From Candidatus Zixiibacteriota bacterium (GTDB lineage Bacteria; Zixibacteria; MSB-5A5; UBA10806; 4484-95): a stretch of 64,000 nucleotides of DNA. The first letter of the stretch is position 1, and each line of letters opens with the position of its first letter. The notes beneath the pieces were generated by a model. The model was not told the DNA's origin and ran no database searches. It saw only the letters and a program-made list of their open reading frames with translations. Location of the stretch: positions 1-64,000 of the forward strand of contig JBBIRK010000006.1 in NCBI GenBank assembly GCA_037441845.1. The letters are read 5' to 3'. Positions 57,669-64,000 of the stretch are shown in pieces. The translations under genes were made by a program, and so were the position numbers.

Positions 57669-59117
57669 ATGGAATTGTCATTGGAAAAACTCAAGGCAAG
57701 GGAGATAGGGGCGTTAATCGCAGCCGGCGATTGCACCTGCGCCGAGGTGGCCGAATTCTTTTTGAACCGCATCGAATCGCTCAATCCCAAGATCAACGCT
57801 TTTATAAGTTTCGATCGCTCCGCCGCCATGACCCGAGCTGAACGGCTCGACTCGTTACGGAAATCCGGCAAATCCAAGTTGTCGCCGCTTTATGGCGTGC
57901 CGGTCGCTTTCAAAGACAATATGCAGTTGAAGGGACAGCCCACCACCTGCGCTTCCAAAATCCTTACCGGACACATAGCGGTTTACGATGCAGGCATAAC
58001 CATCAAGTGTCTGGATGCCGGCATGATCATAGTAGGCAAAACCAATCTCGATGAATTCGCGATGGGATCATCGAACGAGAACAGCGCCTACGGCCCGGTC
58101 CGCAATCCGATCGATCCTTCCCGAGTCCCAGGAGGTTCGTCGGGCGGTTCGGCGGCTGCGGTGGCTGCCGGTATGACCCCTTTGGCGTTCGGGTCCGATA
58201 CGGGAGGATCGGTCAGGCTGCCTGCGGCTTTCTGCGGCATTGTCGGTTTGCGTCCTTCCTACGGACGTATTTCCCGCTACGGATTAGTGGCTTTTGCCTC
58301 ATCGCTTGACCAGATCGGGCCGTTCGCTCTCGACACGAAAGATATGGCTCTGGTCTTGAAGGCGACAGCCGGATACGATCGTTTCGATTCGACCTCCGTA
58401 AATCAGCCCGTGCCCGATTATTACGTATCGCTCGAGCAAGGGTTGAAAAATCTCCGCATAGGGATTCCCCGAGAGTATTTCGGGGAGGGAATCGAAAAAG
58501 CGGTGATGGAGGCGATCGACGACGTCATCAGGGGGCTGCGCTCCGAAAGGATCGAGCTTGTCGATATTTCTTTACCTACCACGAAATATTGTATAGCTAT
58601 TTATTATATCGTGGCCAATGCCGAGGCCTCATCGAATTTGGCCCGCTATGACGGCGTAAAATACGGTCTGCGGATCGACGCCGATTCCCTTATCGATATG
58701 TTTTGCGCCACCCGAACGAGCGGTTTCGGCTCCGAGGTTAAACGGCGGATCATGCTCGGCACGTATGTCTTATCGGCGGGTTATTATGACGCGTATTACC
58801 GTCGAGCGCTGAAAGTGCGTTCCCTGATTCGCGCCGATTTCGAGGAGGCTTTCAAAAAATGCGATTTGATCATATCGCCGACGTCGCCCTCCACCGCATT
58901 CGCTTTCGGTGAGCGAACGGATGATCCGCTCAAAATGTATCTGTCCGACGTGTTTACGGTGGCCGCGCCTCTGGCCGGGTTGCCCGCGATATCTTTTCCC
59001 TGCGGCACCGATCCGTCCGGCCTGCCGATCGGACTGCAGCTTATGGGACGGTATTTCGATGAGGAAAGTTTGCTGCGGGGGGCATATCACATAGAAAGGA
59101 TGCTCGCGCGTGGCTGA
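57669..59117 (+). CDS. gatA: Asp/Glu-tRNA amidotransferase subunit A
   Basis: KDN, GKTNLDEFAMGSS, PGGSSGGS, GSDTGGSVR, SSNLARYDG, EVKRRIMLG. Confidence 0.96.
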   Translation: MELSLEKLKAREIGALIAAGDCTCAEVAEFFLNRIESLNPKINAFISFDRSAAMTRAERLDSLRKSGKSKLSPLYGVPVAFKDNMQLKGQPTTCASKILTGHIAVYDAGITIKCLDAGMIIVGKTNLDEFAMGSSNENSAYGPVRNPIDPSRVPGGSSGGSAAAVAAGMTPLAFGSDTGGSVRLPAAFCGIVGLRPSYGRISRYGLVAFASSLDQIGPFALDTKDMALVLKATAGYDRFDSTSVNQPVPDYYVSLEQGLKNLRIGIPREYFGEGIEKAVMEAIDDVIRGLRSERIELVDISLPTTKYCIAIYYIVANAEASSNLARYDGVKYGLRIDADSLIDMFCATRTSGFGSEVKRRIMLGTYVLSAGYYDAYYRRALKVRSLIRADFEEAFKKCDLIISPTSPSTAFAFGERTDDPLKMYLSDVFTVAAPLAGLPAISFPCGTDPSGLPIGLQLMGRYFDEESLLRGAYHIERMLARG

Positions 59118-60549
59118 ATACGAACCGGTCATAGCCCTTGAAATGCATGCGCAGCTGAAAACCGCCTCTAAGATGTTCTGCGCCTGCTCGGCTTCTTACG
59201 GCGGTTCGCCGAACAGCCAAGTTTGTCCCATCTGCCTCGGGATGCCGGGGACACTGCCGGTTTTGAACAAGCGGGCGGTCGAATTCGCTATCAGGCTGGT
59301 TTTAGCCACCGGAGGCACTGTTCATCCGCGCAGCATTTTCGCCAGAAAGAACTATTTCTATCCGGACTTGCCGAAAGGTTACCAGATTTCCCAGTATGAG
59401 TTTCCACTGGCCACCGGCGGCAGGATCTCTATCGACACCGAAGCCGGACCTAAAGATATAGGCTTGATCCGGATTCATCTCGAAGAAGATGCCGGCAAGT
59501 CGATTCATCAAGAAAATGGAGAATCGACGCTCGTTGATTTCAATCGGTGCGGGGTGCCCTTGATCGAAATCGTGTCGAAACCCGACCTGAGAAGCCCGGC
59601 CGAAGGTCATCTTTTCCTTCTGAAATTGAAGCAACTGGTGGAATATCTCGATATATGCACGGGCAACATGGAAGAGGGTTCACTTCGCTGCGACGCCAAT
59701 ATCTCGATCAGACCGAAGGGCGCCGAAAAATTCGGCACTCGCTGTGAACTGAAAAACATGAACTCTTTCCGCGGCGTCGAAAGGGCGTTGAATTACGAAA
59801 TCGAGCGCCAGGCGAGAATTCTCGACAGCGGCGGGACTATCGTGCAGCAAACCCTGCTTTGGGACGAAAAAGCGAACGTCTCGATGCCGATGCGGTCGAA
59901 AGAAGAATCACACGACTACCGCTATTTCCCTGAACCCGACCTGCTGTATCTCGATATCGGCGCCGATTGGATCGAGCAAATAAAAAGCAGTATGCCTGAA
60001 CTTCCGTTGCAGCGCCGCCTGCGGTTCGTAGAACAATACGGCCTGCCGGCTTACGACGCCGACGTGCTGACCTCGAGCAGATCGTTGGCGGATTATTTCG
60101 AAGCGGCCGCCGCCGTCTCCGCGGACCCGAAGCTTACCTCGAACTGGATCATGACGGAGTTGATGAGGGAAATCAAGGAAACCGAGATCAGCAAAATAAA
60201 GATAACTCCGGAGAATCTCGGGGAATTGCTGCTGATGATCAAATCGGGAGAAATTTCCGGTAAAATAGCCAAGGATGTTTTCGCTGAAATGGTCGTATCC
60301 GGAAAACAGCCCAAAGCCATAGTCGCCGGCAGCGGCCTGACTCAGATATCTGATGAATCGTATATCGCCCAGATTATAGATCGCGTCATCTCCGCCGATC
60401 CCGATAACGTTAAAAAATACCTGTCCGGCAAAGAGGGTCTGTTCGGATTTTTCGTGGGGCAGGTCATGAAAGAGACCGGCGGCAAAGCAAATCCGACGCT
60501 GGTCAACAAACTGCTGAAGGCGGCGTTCGGTCGGCTCGGGAAAAAGTGA
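59110..60549 (+). CDS. gatB: Asp/Glu-tRNA amidotransferase subunit B
   Basis: RKNYFYPDLPKGYQISQ, HLEEDAGK, GSLRCDAN, DYRYFPEPDL, GFFVGQVMK. Confidence 0.97.
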   Translation: MAEYEPVIALEMHAQLKTASKMFCACSASYGGSPNSQVCPICLGMPGTLPVLNKRAVEFAIRLVLATGGTVHPRSIFARKNYFYPDLPKGYQISQYEFPLATGGRISIDTEAGPKDIGLIRIHLEEDAGKSIHQENGESTLVDFNRCGVPLIEIVSKPDLRSPAEGHLFLLKLKQLVEYLDICTGNMEEGSLRCDANISIRPKGAEKFGTRCELKNMNSFRGVERALNYEIERQARILDSGGTIVQQTLLWDEKANVSMPMRSKEESHDYRYFPEPDLLYLDIGADWIEQIKSSMPELPLQRRLRFVEQYGLPAYDADVLTSSRSLADYFEAAAAVSADPKLTSNWIMTELMREIKETEISKIKITPENLGELLLMIKSGEISGKIAKDVFAEMVVSGKQPKAIVAGSGLTQISDESYIAQIIDRVISADPDNVKKYLSGKEGLFGFFVGQVMKETGGKANPTLVNKLLKAAFGRLGKK

Positions 60550-61127
60550 TGCTTCGAATCAGCGTTTTCGTTTCCGGCGGCGGCACCAATCTGCAAGCTA
60601 TAATCGATTATACCCGCAGCAATCCCGATAAAGCCGTGGTCGCCGCGGTCATTTCGAATAATTCAAAAGCGTTCGCCTTGCAACGGGCTGCCAACGCCGA
60701 AATTCCGGCCTATCACGTCAGCCGCGGCACTATCCCCGATGATATCGGGTATTGCGCCGCCATAATGGAGATATTGGCCGTTCATAGAACGAATCTGATA
60801 GTCCTGGCGGGATACATGAAATTGCTTCCCGCCGAAATCGTGCGAAACTTCTATGGCCGCATAATTAACATTCATCCGGCCTTGCTTCCTAAATACGGTG
60901 GTCCCGGGATGTACGGGGAACGCGTTCATAAAGCGGTACTGGCGGCAGGCGAAAAATATTCGGGGGCGACCGTGCACATGGTCGATGAGAAATACGATCA
61001 CGGCCCGATTCTGATTCAGCGGCGGGTGCCCGTTCTGCCCGATGATACGCCGGAAAGTCTGGCGGCGCGCGTGCTTCAGACGGAACACCGGATTCTTCCC
61101 GCAGCCATCGAGCTGTTTATAAAATGA
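60549..61127 (+). CDS. purN: Phosphoribosylglycinamide formyltransferase
   Basis: SGGGTNLQA, LAGYM, INIHPALLP, GATVH, YDHGPI. Confidence 0.95.
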   Translation: MLRISVFVSGGGTNLQAIIDYTRSNPDKAVVAAVISNNSKAFALQRAANAEIPAYHVSRGTIPDDIGYCAAIMEILAVHRTNLIVLAGYMKLLPAEIVRNFYGRIINIHPALLPKYGGPGMYGERVHKAVLAAGEKYSGATVHMVDEKYDHGPILIQRRVPVLPDDTPESLAARVLQTEHRILPAAIELFIK

Positions 61128-62716
61128 CCAAACGTTACTTTCCGATTCTTGCCGCAATCATCGTAGTTGCCGTTTTTTGGCAAACGGCGTCTCCATCGTC
61201 GCAGCATATCCGCAAAATTCGGATAAATAGGCTCAACGTTTTCGACAACGAATTACAGGGGAAAAATCGATGGTATTACCGACTGGCAAATCGATTGCAT
61301 TTCAAGACAAGGGAGTCCGTGATCCGCAGGGAACTGACGCTTGGCGAGGGCGACGCTTTCAACGACGCCGATTTGGAAGAAAGCTTACGCAACCTCAGGC
61401 GACTCACATTTATCGGTGAAGTCAAGGCGGATATTCAAAATCACACTCCTGATACGCTCGATCTGATTATTCAAACCGAAGACCTTTGGACCACTGTTTT
61501 CGGGGTTTCCGGCGAGGGCGGCGGCGGCAACTGGGAAATAGAGTTATACGGCGACGAAAAGAATCTGGCGGGACTCGGAATCGAGATCGGCTGTCTGCTG
61601 CAACTGAATTCGGATGAGAACAACGGATGGGGGATATACTTCAACGACCGACGGTTCGCCGGTTTGCCGGTGGCCATCGAATTTACGGGTGAAAACTTTT
61701 CTTTATCCGATAGATATTACGCGCGGGTCGCTAAACCGGTTTATAAGCTCGCCGACCGCTGGGACATTTCGGCCGCGTTCGAGCGGGTCGATGTCACCAG
61801 ACGTTTGTATAGCTCCGGAATTGAGCATTTTCGCTTTCATCAAAAACAACGCAGTCGTTCGATCATGGTCAGCCGGGTGTTTGGAACCGATAATCGGGCG
61901 ATCCCCCGCCTCGGCTTTCAATATGAAAAAGACGTATATGATTCTATCTCATCGTCGCCGCTTAATTCCACCTACCTGCCGGATAACGAAATTCAGGCCG
62001 GTCCCGGCGCCGCCTTTCGTTTCGCGCGACTCGATTTCGATACCGTGCGATACCTTGACGAGCCGGGCAACACCGAGGATATCCAGTTGACCTGGTCGGC
62101 CGAGGTATCCGCATACTTTTCCGCCGAAGATTTCGGGGGGAGTTTTGATGCGTCTTTTTGGAATCTGCAATTCAGCTCCTTGCGGCGAATCTCGAAAAAA
62201 ACCTATTTGGGGGTTCGAGAGATTTATTCTTATCGCCTTTACGCCGGCAGAAAAGATCGCATTCTAAACAACGCCGAGGCGGTCCTTTATTTCAAACCGC
62301 GGCCGCTACATACTCTTGCCTTGCGCGGATTGTCGGTTTTCGCCTGGAGACAGAAAAGCGATTACCAAATGCTGCTCGGCGGTGCCTCCGGGCTACGCGG
62401 ATATCCCGATAAATACTTCGATGGCAGCCGTCTGTTGTTATTCAACGCCGAGTATAGATTTTTCGCGCCGATTAAAATCCTGACCGTGATCCCCGGGGCG
62501 GCGCTTTTTTTCGATGCTGGCAATGTTTGGGATAACGATCAGGCGATCGATTTAAGCAAGCTGTGGAGGAATTTCGGTATAGGACTGCGTTTCGGACTTA
62601 CCAGATCATCGACCGCCAAAATCATTCGAATCGATCTGGCGCGTGGAATCGACGAACGCTCGACCTATATTTCATTCGGAACCGGCAATGTTTTCGATCT
62701 TAAACCATTTCAATAG
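61124..62716 (+). CDS. Omp85/BamA-TamA-family outer-membrane protein with POTRA domain
   Basis: Signal peptide; TRESVIRREL...ESLRNLR POTRA; LGGASGLRGY, NAEYR, FFDAG, GIGLRF. Confidence 0.8.
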   Translation: MTKRYFPILAAIIVVAVFWQTASPSSQHIRKIRINRLNVFDNELQGKNRWYYRLANRLHFKTRESVIRRELTLGEGDAFNDADLEESLRNLRRLTFIGEVKADIQNHTPDTLDLIIQTEDLWTTVFGVSGEGGGGNWEIELYGDEKNLAGLGIEIGCLLQLNSDENNGWGIYFNDRRFAGLPVAIEFTGENFSLSDRYYARVAKPVYKLADRWDISAAFERVDVTRRLYSSGIEHFRFHQKQRSRSIMVSRVFGTDNRAIPRLGFQYEKDVYDSISSSPLNSTYLPDNEIQAGPGAAFRFARLDFDTVRYLDEPGNTEDIQLTWSAEVSAYFSAEDFGGSFDASFWNLQFSSLRRISKKTYLGVREIYSYRLYAGRKDRILNNAEAVLYFKPRPLHTLALRGLSVFAWRQKSDYQMLLGGASGLRGYPDKYFDGSRLLLFNAEYRFFAPIKILTVIPGAALFFDAGNVWDNDQAIDLSKLWRNFGIGLRFGLTRSSTAKIIRIDLARGIDERSTYISFGTGNVFDLKPFQ

Positions 62717-64000
62717 TTGCCGGCGGGGGTTCTGGCTCTTGTTCGTAGGGCTGGTCCTCGTCCGACTGATAATGGCGCTGATAGTGGATCCGGCGCCGCA
62801 GGAAACGTATTATTGGAATTACTCCCGCCATCCGGCGCTCTCGTACTATGACCATCCCCCGTTCGTCGCCTGGCTTTTGCGCGCATCCACCTCGATTTTC
62901 GGGGACAACGCTTTTGCGCTTCATTTGCCTGCGGTGGCCATCTCTTTGCTTCTGACTTTCGTTTTTTTTCGTTTTCTGTCCGGCTTATATAACGAAAAAA
63001 TCGCGTTTTGGGCGGTCGTGCTATCCTGTTCGATATTGCTGTTTTCGATCGGCTCGCTTATCACGACACCCGATGTCCCCTTGCTTTTTTTCTGGCTCCT
63101 TTTGATTATCGTTTTTCATCGAGCCATGACCGAACAAAAGATGATATGGTGGCTGCTGACTGGCGCAGTCGCCGGCGCGGCCATGCTTTCCAAATACACG
63201 GCCATTTTCGCGATTGCAGGAGCGGGGTTGTTCTTGATAATTTCCCCTGAAAGACGAAAACTGATTTTCGGCGGCGGTCCTGTTTTGGCAGGTTTGACTG
63301 CCGCTTTGGTATTTTTGCCGGTCATCATTTGGAATGTGCATCACGGCTGGGCCAGTTTTCTTTTTCAGACCGGTCGCCGGGCCGCCGAATCCACGGGGAT
63401 CCGGCTCGACTATTTCGCCGGATTTCTCGGAGTGCAATTCGCGGTAGGAGGGCTGTCGATATTGCCGTTTTCGCTTTATGCGATTTTCGCCGCCGCCCGA
63501 AAACCGCGGAACGAATCGGAGCTGTTATTCGCTTGTTTGGCGGTGCCGATGATAATCGTTTTCGGCGTGGTTTCGTTTTTTCATTATGTCAAGATGAATT
63601 GGCTGGCTCCGGCCTATCTTTCCGGCGTGGCGCTGTTGGCTTGCCGTCTGCCGGAGCAGCGCCGCCCGTTCTTCGGCCTCGTTTTCCGAATTTCGCTTGC
63701 TCTGGCCGTCATTTTTGCGATATTGACGCACATGTTGGTGGCGATACCCGCCGTGGGCATGGGCCGTGCCGATTTGATTTCAGGGTGGGATGAATTGGCT
63801 GCGAAGATCGACCCGATACGCCGCGAGATTGCGGATTCGGGTCCGCATTTCGTCTGCGGCTACGATTACAAGACCGCCTCCCAGCTCGCCTTTCACCTTG
63901 CCGACAAGCCCGAAGTCTATGCCAACAACATTTTCGGAGAAAACGGGCTTGCCTATAATTACTGGGTCGACACGAATGACCTGGTAGGTTTGAATTGTAT
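62688..64000 (+). CDS. GT-C membrane glycosyltransferase (GT39/ArnT-PMT-like), 3' partial; absent from the supplied ORF track
   Basis: Read by hand from ATG 62688: ...PQETYYWNYSRHPALSYYDHPP...TPDVP...SKYT; appears open to the window end. Confidence 0.85.
   Translation, partial: MFSILNHFNSCRRGFWLLFVGLVLVRLIMALIVDPAPQETYYWNYSRHPALSYYDHPPFVAWLLRASTSIFGDNAFALHLPAVAISLLLTFVFFRFLSGLYNEKIAFWAVVLSCSILLFSIGSLITTPDVPLLFFWLLLIIVFHRAMTEQKMIWWLLTGAVAGAAMLSKYTAIFAIAGAGLFLIISPERRKLIFGGGPVLAGLTAALVFLPVIIWNVHHGWASFLFQTGRRAAESTGIRLDYFAGFLGVQFAVGGLSILPFSLYAIFAAARKPRNESELLFACLAVPMIIVFGVVSFFHYVKMNWLAPAYLSGVALLACRLPEQRRPFFGLVFRISLALAVIFAILTHMLVAIPAVGMGRADLISGWDELAAKIDPIRREIADSGPHFVCGYDYKTASQLAFHLADKPEVYANNIFGENGLAYNYWVDTNDLVGLNC

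Noticed and set aside
1..64000. tRNA/rRNA genes, CRISPR arrays, transposases/integrases, defence systems, selenocysteine read-through
   Set aside because: I saw no cloverleafs, spaced direct repeats, recombinase motifs or TGA-interrupted redox motifs; manual reading could miss weak cases.

Overview
Gene-dense bacterial chromosomal segment of moderate GC with about 56 CDSs. I saw no rRNA, tRNA, CRISPR array or mobile element. The cohesin/dockerin and FlgD/T9SS-type C-terminal domains plus a diderm envelope gene set suggest an FCB-related anaerobe such as candidate phylum Zixibacteria (inference). In order, the window holds: two large secreted dockerin proteins; pdxST; ftsEX-envC-holB-PSP1-metG; a minus-strand Fe-S/tRNA-modification block (dinB, mrp, nifU-C, queG, Rrf2, ThiI/MnmA-like, TMEM260/DUF2723-like); hbd-crt; an acyl-CoA operon; Rrf2-tetraheme cytochrome c-porin; dedA; tsaD; an envelope cluster with an ECF-type promoter; aminopeptidase, OsmC, MBL hydrolase, epimerase, ABC transporter, transglutaminase, ltaE, csp, polyprenol kinase, PPIase, hydrolase, recX and a FadF/EMO-like oxidoreductase; and gatA-gatB-purN-Omp85-GT-C. 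The most notable element is the seven-gene acyl-CoA operon (24634-31759). It joins an archaeal-type HMG-CoA synthase/thiolase/DUF35 triad to the methylcrotonyl-CoA carboxylase and methylglutaconyl-CoA hydratase genes of leucine catabolism, with no HMG-CoA lyase or isovaleryl-CoA dehydrogenase. All calls rest on motif recognition by eye; no database search was run.
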